In this document: positions 20,450-30,451 of the stretch, one piece after another
Layout: every line of letters starts with the position of its first letter
Position numbering within the stretch: position 1 is the stretch's first letter
Source: an uncultured Nitrospiraceae bacterium
Lineage (GTDB): Bacteria > Nitrospirota > Nitrospiria > Nitrospirales > Nitrospiraceae
Assembly (NCBI GenBank): GCA_963846575.1
Contig: CAWJWJ010000001.1
Span: 1,216,001 to 1,280,000, forward strand
Reading direction: 5' to 3'
DNA length: 64,000 nt
Made by a program: the position numbers and the translations under genes
Notes under the pieces: model-generated
Told to the model about the DNA's origin: nothing
The model's database searches: none
What the model saw: only the letters and a program-made list of their open reading frames with translations

Positions 20450-21526
20450 GTGCGGAGGGTTGTTGTGCGTGAGCGTCGGTGGGAAACTCAGAGCCGGCTC
20501 ACCTTCCGCGACGTCCTGGCTGTCGGCGAGCGATTCGGCGCGTTAGGGTTGAAGCCCGCACCTCCGGCCAAGGACGTGATCTGCTATGTGGAGGACTGGA
20601 CGGTCGACTCTCCTGACGCGTTCGATCAGCTCGATCACTGGCCTACCGAAGATGTCACGCTCCTTCACGTCCGCGAGGGATGGCAGGGGGATTTTTTTCT
20701 CCTGGCGGGCGGGTACCATACTATTTACCAACAGTATCAGGACGTCGGCACCTACTGTTCAATCAGCCATCCCTGGCGCACCAGTGGGGAACTGCAGTTT
20801 CATCATCCGACCAGCATGCTGTGGCTGGGCTTCCGGCACACCCATGCGTTTGTCAGGGTCCGGTTACACACGCGCGAAGTGGTGACGCCCGGAGAAACGC
20901 GCGAGGACGCCAGGCGGGCTGCCTGGGTCGATGAGCGACGAACCATTTTTCTGGATGCCATCGCCACGCTGGGGCTGCCGGTTGAAACGTCGGTCGAGAA
21001 GGGGAGTGTGCTGCTGACACCCGCGGACCCGGCGACGCCGTTTTTCTGCTCATGGCCGGACGCCTTCGGGCCCTCCCAGTTTGAATTTAATTCTGCGGAT
21101 GCCTACGAATTTCTCGTGCCTGCGAGCAAACTCGCGGCCACCTTCGCTCCACAACCGGCCAATGTGCGGGCCTATATGACGGGGTTCGCGGCGGAGACGC
21201 TTCAACAGTTTGGCGCCATACAGCCATCTGCCCGCTCTGTGTATCGCTGCTCCGTTCATTGCGCGCTGGGAGAATTGCCAGAACTCCTTGCCATCATCGA
21301 GCCGGACGGTCGCTTGTACAGCACCCTCTGCGAATTCAATGCCCAGGATTTGCTGCCGGAAGGAGAGGAGGCCTCGGCCATCGTCGGGATCGTCGGCAGC
21401 GCGGCAGGTTTTCAGCTGGAAATGCGGCTGAACCGGGCTCCGTTGCCTGAGGAGCAGATGGCCGCCTGGTTGGAACGCCTGTTTGGATATCCGATGCTGT
21501 ATGCGCCTCTTCCCCCCTTCGTGTAA
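20450..21526 (+). CDS. Hypothetical protein
   Basis: 358-aa ORF in operon orientation; no recognisable motif. Confidence 0.7.
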   Translation: MRRVVVRERRWETQSRLTFRDVLAVGERFGALGLKPAPPAKDVICYVEDWTVDSPDAFDQLDHWPTEDVTLLHVREGWQGDFFLLAGGYHTIYQQYQDVGTYCSISHPWRTSGELQFHHPTSMLWLGFRHTHAFVRVRLHTREVVTPGETREDARRAAWVDERRTIFLDAIATLGLPVETSVEKGSVLLTPADPATPFFCSWPDAFGPSQFEFNSADAYEFLVPASKLAATFAPQPANVRAYMTGFAAETLQQFGAIQPSARSVYRCSVHCALGELPELLAIIEPDGRLYSTLCEFNAQDLLPEGEEASAIVGIVGSAAGFQLEMRLNRAPLPEEQMAAWLERLFGYPMLYAPLPPFV

Positions 21527-21712
21527 CCTCGCGGCTGAATAGACCGCCTGACTTCGCGCTCACTTCGTCACACCCTCAACATACCGACGTGGCAGGACCT
21601 GAATTATTGCTCGCCTGCGGAGTCCAGACGGGGTCCTCGCGGGCGCTCCGGCCCATGCGCCCGATTTTTCTCTTCGTTTGACAATCCATGGCATCTCCTG
21701 AACTCTAGCCCC

Positions 21713-22822
21713 ATGGTCTCGATGCAACGGTTTCAATCGGTCTTGGGCAAGCCCTATCTTCCGCCGCTGTTTTTCTTCAGCGGCGTAACGTACGACACAC
21801 TCACTCTCACCAGAATTGACCGACTGCAGGACAATCTGCTGCTTCTGCTTTATCTCGCGCTCTTGGGGTTTTTGATCGTCCTGACCGGGCGGTTGGGCAC
21901 GAACGACCTGAAGGCCGAAGAGCTGTCGCAGGAGGCCCCGCGTCACATCAGGTGGTTGCTCCTGGCCCGGCCCTATGCCCCGATGGCCATTCAGTTCCTG
22001 CTCGGTGGTCTTTTCAGCGCCTATGCGATTTTCTATTCGAAAAGCGCCACCTTCACAGGGACCGCGGTGTTTTTCACGGTGCTGGTCGGGTTACTCGTCG
22101 CGAACGAATTCCTGCGGGACAGGCTGTCGAATCTGCAATTGCTCGTGGGCCTGTACGCGTTGGTCTGTTTTGGATTCTTTACGTTTTTTCTGCCGGTGAT
22201 GACGGGGTGGATGAACCAGGCCATGTTTCTGGCCGGAGCGGGGTTGAGCATGCTCCTGACCTTGCGGGTGGTGGAATTGATCTACCGCGGCAATGCCGAC
22301 CGAACGCGCCGCGAGGCGCTGCTGACCAGTGCTCCGGCCCTGATCGTGATCAGCCTGTTGGTAGGGTTTTATTTCTTGAACTGGATTCCCCCCGTGCCGC
22401 TCTCCATGAAGTTCGGCGGGATCTATCACGAGGTCAAGCGGTTCAACGATCAGTACGAACTTTCCTATGAACGAGAGTGGTATGAAGTCTGGAAGCGGTC
22501 CAATACGAGTTTCGTCGCCGACGAACCGATCTATTGTTTCACCGCAGTGTTTGCGCCAGTGACGCTTGAAACGACGGTCTATCACCATTGGCTGTATCGG
22601 CGGGACCATCATCACCCGTTCAGCCATGCAGACAGGATCCCCTTAAAGATTGCCGGGGGCCGGGAGGGCGGGTATCGGGTCTATACCTTCAAGCGGGGGC
22701 TCGATGCCGGCGACTGGCGGGTGGACGTCGAAACCGAGGACGGCCGCGTCATCGGGCGGGTGGCGTTGCAAGTGGAGCAGCGGGGCGAAGCGCCTCGGTC
22801 GCTCACGACCATCGTCTACTGA
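21713..22822 (+). CDS. DUF2914-domain membrane protein
   Basis: Multiple TMs; IPPVPL; YCFTAVFAP..L...YHHW; GGREGGYR; GDWRVDVET.DGR. Confidence 0.85.
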   Translation: MVSMQRFQSVLGKPYLPPLFFFSGVTYDTLTLTRIDRLQDNLLLLLYLALLGFLIVLTGRLGTNDLKAEELSQEAPRHIRWLLLARPYAPMAIQFLLGGLFSAYAIFYSKSATFTGTAVFFTVLVGLLVANEFLRDRLSNLQLLVGLYALVCFGFFTFFLPVMTGWMNQAMFLAGAGLSMLLTLRVVELIYRGNADRTRREALLTSAPALIVISLLVGFYFLNWIPPVPLSMKFGGIYHEVKRFNDQYELSYEREWYEVWKRSNTSFVADEPIYCFTAVFAPVTLETTVYHHWLYRRDHHHPFSHADRIPLKIAGGREGGYRVYTFKRGLDAGDWRVDVETEDGRVIGRVALQVEQRGEAPRSLTTIVY

Positions 22823-23353
22823 TTCATCAAGGGGAACCTGACGTGCGTAGGATCAAGGGGCTGGAACGGGTGGAAGAACGGGAAGGCCGGCGGGCCGGAA
22901 GGTATCGCGTCGCCTACCACACCCACCTGTTTCTGAATCGCGGGAAGTGTTTTTAACTGAACGCTAGCCGGAAGAGCTTCCGCCGGAAATGATGCGGCTC
23001 GAATGAGGAGTGACCTTGATCGACCTGCAGCCGTGCCGGGTCTCATCCAGGCCATGGCTGGAATCGGACAGGTGTCGATCGGAACGACGGTCGGCGGCTA
23101 GCGGAAGGTGCGCATCAGTCCACACCGGCTTCTAGGGATAAGGGCGTCCACGATCCGAAACCACCGGACGCCGTGCTGGCGGGCGGTGCGGCACTTGGCC
23201 GGCACACATATCGAGGGAAGAAATAAGGCATAATGACGTCACAGCGTTCTTCCGTGACGATGCTTAGTGTGCCGAGAGGCCATGGACGGTGACCAACGAC
23301 GCAGACGTCGTTCGGGTGCCGGGAATGGGACCGATAGGATAGGAGGCCTTGCA

Positions 23354-24250
23354 ATGGGATTGGAGCAGGTTCGTTTTATACTGGCACTGGTCTGTCTCAG
23401 CCTGGGGGGATATGCCTGGCCCGCCATTGCCGAGGACGCCGCTCCTCAGGCGTTGCCCTGGCAGGTTGGACCGACTGAGGCAAAGTTGGGTGACCAGGCG
23501 CTCCTCAAGGTGCCGACGGGCTATCAATTTCTCGGGTCGGAGGAGACTCAGCGGCTGCTCAAGCAGATGGGGAATATCCCGTCGGGGTCCGAGTTGGGCC
23601 TGATCACCTCGGCTACCGGGGGGGAGTCGTGGTTCATGGTGGTCCGTTACATCGACGCGGGGTATGTGAAGGACGATGAGGCGGCCAACTGGGATGCCGA
23701 TGCACTGATGGCTTCGATCAAGGCAGGAACGGAAGAGGACAATAAGGTGCGGCAGTCCCAAGGATTTCCTCCGCTCGTCATACGCGGCTGGGAGGAAAAG
23801 CCTCATTACGACAAGGCCGCGAACAAGGTCGTGTGGGCCATCGCGGCGCAGGAGCGTGATTCGGTGGGCGTCAACTACAATACGCTTTCCCTGGGTCGGC
23901 AGGGGTATCTCAGCATGAACATGGTCGGGTCATTGGAGGAGTTGCCGACTCTCAAGCCGCATGTGGGCGTGTTGCTGTCCAACGTGGAGTTTATCGACGG
24001 AAAACGCTATAGCGATTTCGATAGCACCACGGACAAGGTCGCCGCCGTCGGCCTGTCGGCACTGATCGCCGGCGCGGCGATCAAATCCGGCCTTTTCGCC
24101 AAGCTCTGGGCCTTCATCATCCCTCTGATGGTGGCGGGCAAGAAGCTCCTGATGTTATTGGTCATTGCGCTCGGCGGTCTGGCCGCCAAATATTTCAAGA
24201 AGAAATCCAAACCGGAGCCGCTGGAAGGTGGCGGGGGAGTGTCGTCGTGA
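23354..24250 (+). CDS. DUF2167 membrane-anchored protein
   Basis: RBS AGGAGG; GYVKDDEA, W.E.PHYD, VNYN..LGRQG, G.RY.DF...TDKVA..GL.ALIAG. Confidence 0.88.
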   Translation: MGLEQVRFILALVCLSLGGYAWPAIAEDAAPQALPWQVGPTEAKLGDQALLKVPTGYQFLGSEETQRLLKQMGNIPSGSELGLITSATGGESWFMVVRYIDAGYVKDDEAANWDADALMASIKAGTEEDNKVRQSQGFPPLVIRGWEEKPHYDKAANKVVWAIAAQERDSVGVNYNTLSLGRQGYLSMNMVGSLEELPTLKPHVGVLLSNVEFIDGKRYSDFDSTTDKVAAVGLSALIAGAAIKSGLFAKLWAFIIPLMVAGKKLLMLLVIALGGLAAKYFKKKSKPEPLEGGGGVSS

Positions 24251-24960
24251 AGGTGCTGTTACTCTTATTCGCGGGACTCAAACTCGGGAAGGTCGCGCTC
24301 ACGGGCGGCACCATGCTGCTCTCCATGGTGGCCTACAGCTTCATCTTCGGGTGGTGGTATGCGGTGGGGTTCGTATTGTTGATTCTGTTTCATGAACTCG
24401 GCCATTACGCCGCTGCCAAACAACGCAATCTGGACGTGGGCGCACCGACGTTTATTCCTTTTGTCGGGGCCTGGATCCAGCTCAAAGAACAGCCGATGGA
24501 CGTCGAAACCGAGGCCTATGTGGGTATTGCCGGGCCGGTGGCTGGAACCTTCGCTGCCATGGCCTGCTACTACGCAGCCGAATACTTCCAGAGCCAGTTG
24601 TTGCTGGCCCTTGCTTATGCCGGGTTCATGATCAACCTGTTCAACCTGATCCCGATTTCACCGCTGGACGGGGGCCGTATCACCGCCATCATCTCCCCCA
24701 AGGTCTGGTGGCTGGGTGTGCCGGTGTTGATCGGGCTGTTCATGGTCAGCCACAGCCCCATGTTGTTGCTGGTCGCAATCCTGGCCTTCCCCCACGTGAT
24801 GTCCACGTTCCGGGGCGGCCCTCCTGGGCTGCCGGACCGCTACTACGATGTGCCGCTCGGGACCAGGGTGAGTTACGGTTTGTACTACCTCGGCCTCGCG
24901 GTATTTCTTGGTATCATGACGTATGAGACACATCTCCTGCTGCCCTCTTCACGAGGCTGA
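24247..24960 (+). CDS. Site-2 protease (M50) intramembrane metalloprotease
   Basis: HELGH, AGP, NLFNLIPISPLDGG. Confidence 0.92.
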   Translation: MKVLLLLFAGLKLGKVALTGGTMLLSMVAYSFIFGWWYAVGFVLLILFHELGHYAAAKQRNLDVGAPTFIPFVGAWIQLKEQPMDVETEAYVGIAGPVAGTFAAMACYYAAEYFQSQLLLALAYAGFMINLFNLIPISPLDGGRITAIISPKVWWLGVPVLIGLFMVSHSPMLLLVAILAFPHVMSTFRGGPPGLPDRYYDVPLGTRVSYGLYYLGLAVFLGIMTYETHLLLPSSRG

Positions 24961-25013
24961 TCAACGCCGGCCACGAGTTCGGTGCGTTCCGGTTCAAGTG
25001 CCGGGGAGGCGCA

Positions 25014-25721
25014 GTGCAGTCGTTTATCGCTGAAGTGAGCCGCATCGAGGACCTCACGCACGATGTGCGGGCCATCGAACTCCTGCTCCTGGATCCCGGC
25101 GAGATGACCTTCAAGGCCGGGCAGTTCGTGTCTTTCGAGGTGCCGAAGGAAGGCCATCCCCGCCCCGTGACCAGACCCTATTCCATCGCGTCACCCCCGC
25201 ATCAGCGCAACCCTCTGCTCATCTTGAATCTTGTCCCGGGCGGGCCTGGCTCCGGTTACCTGTTCGGCTTGCGGGAAGGCTCGCGAACCGAATTCAAGGG
25301 GCCGGCCGGAGCGTTTTATCTGCGAGACGATGGCACGAAAAATCTGCTGTTCGTCGCCACGGGGACCGGCATTGCTCCGCTTCGCAGCATGATCCTGGCT
25401 CACCTGGAGCGCGCCACCGCTCAGTCGGTGACATTGTTCTGGGGACTTCGCAGTCAGAGGGATCTCTACCTTCAGGGGGAACTGCAAGCGCTGGCCGAGG
25501 CCTATCCCACGTTTTCGTTTGTGACGACGCTTTCAAAACCGGAGCCGGGATGGGAGGGAGCCAGCGGACGGGTGACGACACTCATTGAACAACGTGTTTC
25601 TTCCGTGGCGAACCTGGCGGTCTATGTCTGCGGCGGGAGCGGCATGATCAAGGATGTGACAGCCAGGCTCAATGCCAAGGGACTTTGTCCCATCCATCGG
25701 GAAAAATATTATGATGATTAG
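25014..25721 (+). CDS. FAD/NAD(P)-binding oxidoreductase (FNR-like)
   Basis: GQF, RPYSIAS, G.GS, GP.G.F, ATGTGIAP, YVCG...M. Confidence 0.9.
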   Translation: MQSFIAEVSRIEDLTHDVRAIELLLLDPGEMTFKAGQFVSFEVPKEGHPRPVTRPYSIASPPHQRNPLLILNLVPGGPGSGYLFGLREGSRTEFKGPAGAFYLRDDGTKNLLFVATGTGIAPLRSMILAHLERATAQSVTLFWGLRSQRDLYLQGELQALAEAYPTFSFVTTLSKPEPGWEGASGRVTTLIEQRVSSVANLAVYVCGGSGMIKDVTARLNAKGLCPIHREKYYDD

Positions 25722-25876
25722 GATTTCGGTTGGAGCGGTGCGGACCCGGTAGGATGCCGGTCGGGCGGGGTGGCGCGCCGGCCGGCCTGACGCGTGACAT
25801 CCGGCGGCCACAGACCTCACCGCGACACGGTTTTTCCATCGGGTTGGGCAACCCTGCCGTGTCAGGCAATGGTCGA

Positions 25877-26062
25877 TTACTCAGTCTTGGCGGCTCGTTT
25901 GGTCGTATGTTGAAAGACGCATTTGGGGCAGGTGTAATGAATGAACTGCCCGCTTGCGACTGATCGTTTGGTCATCGCGACCTTGCACCAGGTGCAGAGA
26001 CGATCGGGCAGCGTCTCGATGTGGGTCTGGTCGGTGGAGTGCTGTGTGGACAGGTCAGTCAT
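25877..26062 (-). CDS. Small zinc-ribbon protein
   Basis: CTWC-x16-CPKC; TTGACA on the minus strand near 26094-26099. Confidence 0.6.
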   Translation of the reverse strand: MTDLSTQHSTDQTHIETLPDRLCTWCKVAMTKRSVASGQFIHYTCPKCVFQHTTKRAAKTE

Positions 26063-26133
26063 GCCAAGCATTCTCGCTAAGGGCCTGAGAGTTTGTCAAT
26101 GCGCTCCGTTGGCAGAAATTTCGGAGATAAACA

Positions 26134-26162
26134 TTTACAGCCTTTCAATCGTTCAGTATATT
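26134..26162 (+). promoter_or_regulatory. sigma70-type promoter
   Basis: TTTACA-N17-TATATT upstream of the speD-like gene. Confidence 0.55.
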
Positions 26163-26216
26163 GCAAGCGTATGCGTCATCACTCCACCCATCCCCAACAG
26201 AAAGGTCGTATCGTTT

Positions 26217-26660
26217 ATGCAAAACGCCGAAGGCGCCACGTCCGACGATATCTCATCACCCTCAGCCAGGTTTGCTGATTCCGCGATCCACCCGGACTCC
26301 GTCGGACCCGGCAAAGCCTGGGGAATTTGCACCTCCGTTGATCTCCACGATTGCGACCCCGACCGTATCCGCGATGCCAAACAAATCGAAGCCTACGTGG
26401 TGCAGCTCTGCGAACTCATTGAGATGAAGCGGTATGGTTCCTGCCAGATCGTCAATTTCGGCGAAGGTCGCGTCGCCGGCTACAGCATGGTGCAGTTGAT
26501 TGAGACCTCGCTGATCAGCGGCCACTTCGCCAACGATACCAACAGCGCCTATCTCGACATCTTCAGTTGCAAGGGTTACGATCCGGCCGTCGTCGAAGAA
26601 TTTTCCAAATCCTTTTTCAGCGCCCGTCGTTCAAGCCATCGGGCCATGTTGCGTTACTAA
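26217..26660 (+). CDS. speD: Pyruvoyl-dependent S-adenosylmethionine decarboxylase-like proenzyme
   Basis: DLHDC, GYS...LIETSLISGH, AYLDIFSCK. Confidence 0.8.
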   Translation: MQNAEGATSDDISSPSARFADSAIHPDSVGPGKAWGICTSVDLHDCDPDRIRDAKQIEAYVVQLCELIEMKRYGSCQIVNFGEGRVAGYSMVQLIETSLISGHFANDTNSAYLDIFSCKGYDPAVVEEFSKSFFSARRSSHRAMLRY

Positions 26661-26719
26661 CGCAGAGCCGTCGCACGCCCGGCCCTGCGGGGCCTGGTGT
26701 CTCGCCGGGCAGGTACGTC

Positions 26720-27064
26720 ATGAATCAGAGTCCACCCAAAACGGTGCGGTCGTTTTTTTCGACTCTCGCCGCCAAACTGGATCCGGAGGCAGCGGAAGGA
26801 CTGGATGCGGTCTACCAGTTCGATTTGAACGGCGCCGATGGGGGACAGTACCAACTGCAGATCCGGGACGGTGTCTGTCAGGTGTCGGAAGGCACCCACC
26901 CGGATCCGCATGTGACGCTGGCCATGTCGGGCGAAGATTGTCTCCGAGTGTTGAACGGTCAGCTGAGCGGCACCATGGTGGCCATGTCAGGTCGCCTGCG
27001 TATCAGCGGCGATATGGGGTTGGCCCTGCAGCTGGGATCGTTGTTCCCCTCCCTGCGTCCCTAG
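26720..27064 (+). CDS. SCP2 sterol/lipid-binding domain protein
   Basis: YQFDL.G..GG.Y.L.I.DG, P.VTL, M.GRLRISGDMGLA. Confidence 0.88.
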   Translation: MNQSPPKTVRSFFSTLAAKLDPEAAEGLDAVYQFDLNGADGGQYQLQIRDGVCQVSEGTHPDPHVTLAMSGEDCLRVLNGQLSGTMVAMSGRLRISGDMGLALQLGSLFPSLRP

Positions 27065-27192
27065 AGGCCTGTCGAGTGACTCTCCCGCTATTCCTTATCT
27101 CACTGACCTGAATATCGGCCGGGAATAGTCTGCTCGCTCCGGTCGTCAGACCTGCCGGGGAGATGTGAGGCTGACGATCCTGCAGGGAGCGG

Positions 27193-30100
27193 CTATGCCT
27201 GCTGGACGGCCGGCTCACCGGGTGTGGCACCGGCCAGTTGGTCGGCGCTACGCGGAAACCGTTCCTCCAGCATCGCATAGACCGTCGGGACCAGGAAGAG
27301 CGTCAACATCGTCGACATCGTGAGCCCGCCCACGACGGCGCGGGCCAACGGCGCGTTGGTCTCGCTGCCCGTGCCGAGTCCCAGGGCCATCGGCATGAGC
27401 CCGACCACGGTAGCCAATGAGGTCATGAGGATGGGGCGAAGCCTGGTACGTGAGGCCGTAATGACCGCGCTCGCGAGATCCAGGCCACGGCGACGCAGCA
27501 CATTCGTATAGTCCACCAGCAAGACTCCGTTCGAAACGACGATCCCGAGCATCATGATGATCCCCATCATCGAAGAGGTGGAAATGGTGGTGTTGGTCAG
27601 GTAGAGAATGACGATTACACCCGGAATGCCCATGGGCACCGAAAACATGATGATAAAGGGATCGATGAGCGACTTGAACTGCGCCGCCATCACCATATAG
27701 ACCAGCATGAGGGCCAGGATGCTGGCAAACAGCAGGCCTTCGAACGTTTCCCGCTGCTGCTGGATCTGGCCGGCGAGCCGGATGTTGAAGCCGGGGGGCA
27801 ACTGGAGTTGGGCGAAGGCCGACTCCAGATCTCCCGCGATGGAGCCCAGATCGCGATCGACGGGGTTGGCGGTGAGGTGGACGACCCGCTGGAAGTATTT
27901 TCGTTCGATCTTCACCGGCCCGGCATTCAGCTTCAGCGTCGCCAGATTCTTCAACAAAACCGGCTCCCCGTTTTTGGTCGTCAAGAGCACGTTCTCGATG
28001 TCCGTCAGATCCTTGCGATGCTCCTCCGCGAGCCAGGCGCTGATGTAATATTCGTTTCCGTTCTGGGGGTCGGTGAAAATGATCGGATCGGTCTGGCCGT
28101 TTCCGTTCATGGAAAACAATACCGCATTGGCCACGTCCGTTTCGCTGATCCCCAGGAGCGCCGCCTTCTCCCGGTCCACGACCACATTCACCTCAGGGTA
28201 GTTTTCTTCTCGGCTGACCTCGATGTCGGCCATGCCCGGGATGTTGTGCATGATGTCCTGCACTTTCTGGATCACGGTGCGGGCCTTTTCAAAATCGTAG
28301 CCGTAAATCTCGACATCGATGGCTTTTTGAGAACCGAAGCTGGTGACGCGTTTGACCAGTCCTCCGGGATCGAAAAACATGGCCACGCCGGGAAAGAGCT
28401 TGAGCACCTTGGGGCGCACGGCGTTCATCACGTCGACCTGGCTGCGGCGACGTTTGTCGGGAGACACCAGATAGACGGAGATAACCGAGGTATGCGGACC
28501 GGTGTTGGGGTTGAAGAGCGAGGACCGGCCTTGCGCGAGGACCCCGGTGCTGGAGGCGATCGCTTCCAGCTCCTCCGGCGGTATCTGTTCCCGCAAGACA
28601 CGCTCGACCTCGGCGACCTGATCGACGGTTTTTTCCACCCGCTGCCCCACCGGCGCCCGGAGCACGATGCGAAACTGGCTTTCATCGGAAACCGGAAGGA
28701 ACTCCGTTCCGATGAAGGGCAGCAGCAGCAGCGAACTCACGAAGATCGCGATGACGGAGAGGATCAATGTCCGTCGATGCGCCAGGACCCAGCGCAGGCT
28801 GCGCTCATAGCCTTCATCAAGCGCCTCGTAGCGTCGCTGGCTCCACCGCATGATCCGTACGAACCAGTTGGGCAGGTTGCGATGGGCATCCTGTTCGGAT
28901 TTCAAGAATCGATAACAGAGCGCCGGCGTGACGGTGCGGGAGACGAAGAATGAGGTGAATAAGGCGATGGCGATGGTCAGGGTCAGCGGGATGAGCAGCA
29001 GGCGCGCGATCCCTACGATAAAAAACATCGGCAGAAAGACGACCACCGTCGTGACCGTGGAAGCGAAGATCGGCATGGCGACCTCGCGGGCGGCATTGAC
29101 GATCGCGTCCCAACGGTTTCTCTCGACGTTCAAGTGGCGTTGGATGTTCTCCAATTCGACGATCGAGTCGTCCACGAGACGTCCGATGCCGAGGGCCAGC
29201 CCTCCCATGGTGAAGACGTTCAGGGTTTGATTGGTGAAGTAGAGCGCAATGAAGGTCACGAGGATAGACAGCGGGATCGCGACAGAGATGATCAGGGTGC
29301 TGGTCAGGTTTCTGAGAAACAGCAGAATCACCGCCGCCGCGAGCAGCGACCCGTGAAGGGCCTGCTCGATCAGGTTCTTGATGGATTGACGGATGTAGAC
29401 GGACTGATCGAAGGAGATCCCCAATCGTACCCCTGGCGGAATGCCGATCATCTTGGGAATGGCTTTCCGCAAGGCGTCGACCACCTCCACCGTATTCGCG
29501 ATCGGCTGTTTGTTGACCCGGAGGTAGACGGAGCGTTTGCCGTCCGTACGGACGACGTTGGTCTGGATGTCGGAGGAATCGGTCAGCGTGCCGATGTCAC
29601 GGACCCGCACCGGATTGCCTCGCGGATCGATCTTGACCACGACGTCGTTGATGGGTTCCACGGTTTTGAACTGTGTGTTCGTGAACACGTTGTAATCGAG
29701 GTTGCCCGCCTTGATGTCACCCGACGGAAGAATTAAGTTGGAGGCCTTCACGGCCTTGACCACGTCGAGAATCGAGAGGCCGCGCGCCTGGAGCAGGGCG
29801 GGATCCAGGTTGATGTTGATCTGACGGATTTTCCCCCCTTCGACCGTGGCGGCCGCGACATTGGCGATCTGTTCGATCTGCGGCGCGATGGTGTTATACG
29901 CCAGATCGTAGAGCGCGCGTTCGTCGAGGTCCCCGCCGGCTGCCGTGACGATGGCGACCGGAATGTTGGATACATCGAACTTGACGATGAACGGCTGCAG
30001 AATGCCGGGCGGCAGGTTGTTCAGGATCTGCGTGATGCGCTGCATCACCTCCATCTGTCCCACGTTGATATCCGCACCCCAGTTGAACCAGACCTGGACG

Positions 30101-30369
30101 GCTCCGATGCCCTGTTTGGCGAAGGATTCGACGTGTTCGACGTTGGACGCTGAGCTGACGGCCTTTTCGATGGGATAAACGACGCTCTGTTCGATGTCGA
30201 GGGGCGGGGCGCCCTTGTAGATGACGCCGACAAAGGCTACCGGAACCTGAATATTGGGGAAGAGATCGACCGGCAATCGTTCCAGCGAGGTGCCTCCGAG
30301 GATCACCATCGCGAGGGACAACATCAGAATGCCGATGCGGTTACGAAGTGCGAGGAGCGTCAGCCACAT
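27193..30369 (-). CDS. RND efflux permease (AcrB/MdtC/CusA superfamily)
   Basis: 1058 aa; LPVDLFP, VDDSIVELENI, GIVVSNGVLLVD, RLRPILMT. Confidence 0.95.
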   Translation of the reverse strand: MWLTLLALRNRIGILMLSLAMVILGGTSLERLPVDLFPNIQVPVAFVGVIYKGAPPLDIEQSVVYPIEKAVSSASNVEHVESFAKQGIGAVQVWFNWGADINVGQMEVMQRITQILNNLPPGILQPFIVKFDVSNIPVAIVTAAGGDLDERALYDLAYNTIAPQIEQIANVAAATVEGGKIRQININLDPALLQARGLSILDVVKAVKASNLILPSGDIKAGNLDYNVFTNTQFKTVEPINDVVVKIDPRGNPVRVRDIGTLTDSSDIQTNVVRTDGKRSVYLRVNKQPIANTVEVVDALRKAIPKMIGIPPGVRLGISFDQSVYIRQSIKNLIEQALHGSLLAAAVILLFLRNLTSTLIISVAIPLSILVTFIALYFTNQTLNVFTMGGLALGIGRLVDDSIVELENIQRHLNVERNRWDAIVNAAREVAMPIFASTVTTVVVFLPMFFIVGIARLLLIPLTLTIAIALFTSFFVSRTVTPALCYRFLKSEQDAHRNLPNWFVRIMRWSQRRYEALDEGYERSLRWVLAHRRTLILSVIAIFVSSLLLLPFIGTEFLPVSDESQFRIVLRAPVGQRVEKTVDQVAEVERVLREQIPPEELEAIASSTGVLAQGRSSLFNPNTGPHTSVISVYLVSPDKRRRSQVDVMNAVRPKVLKLFPGVAMFFDPGGLVKRVTSFGSQKAIDVEIYGYDFEKARTVIQKVQDIMHNIPGMADIEVSREENYPEVNVVVDREKAALLGISETDVANAVLFSMNGNGQTDPIIFTDPQNGNEYYISAWLAEEHRKDLTDIENVLLTTKNGEPVLLKNLATLKLNAGPVKIERKYFQRVVHLTANPVDRDLGSIAGDLESAFAQLQLPPGFNIRLAGQIQQQRETFEGLLFASILALMLVYMVMAAQFKSLIDPFIIMFSVPMGIPGVIVILYLTNTTISTSSMMGIIMMLGIVVSNGVLLVDYTNVLRRRGLDLASAVITASRTRLRPILMTSLATVVGLMPMALGLGTGSETNAPLARAVVGGLTMSTMLTLFLVPTVYAMLEERFPRSADQLAGATPGEPAVQQA

Positions 30370-30451
30370 AAAGCATTCTGCGGGAGATGATTGGGCAACA
30401 GGCTCATTGTTACGCCGGCCGGGACGTCCCTACCCTGTCGGAATGACTGGA

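Noticed and set aside
22823..23350. Small ORFs or ncRNA in a 500-bp intergenic gap
   Set aside because: No convincing RBS, motif, repeat or stable structure seen
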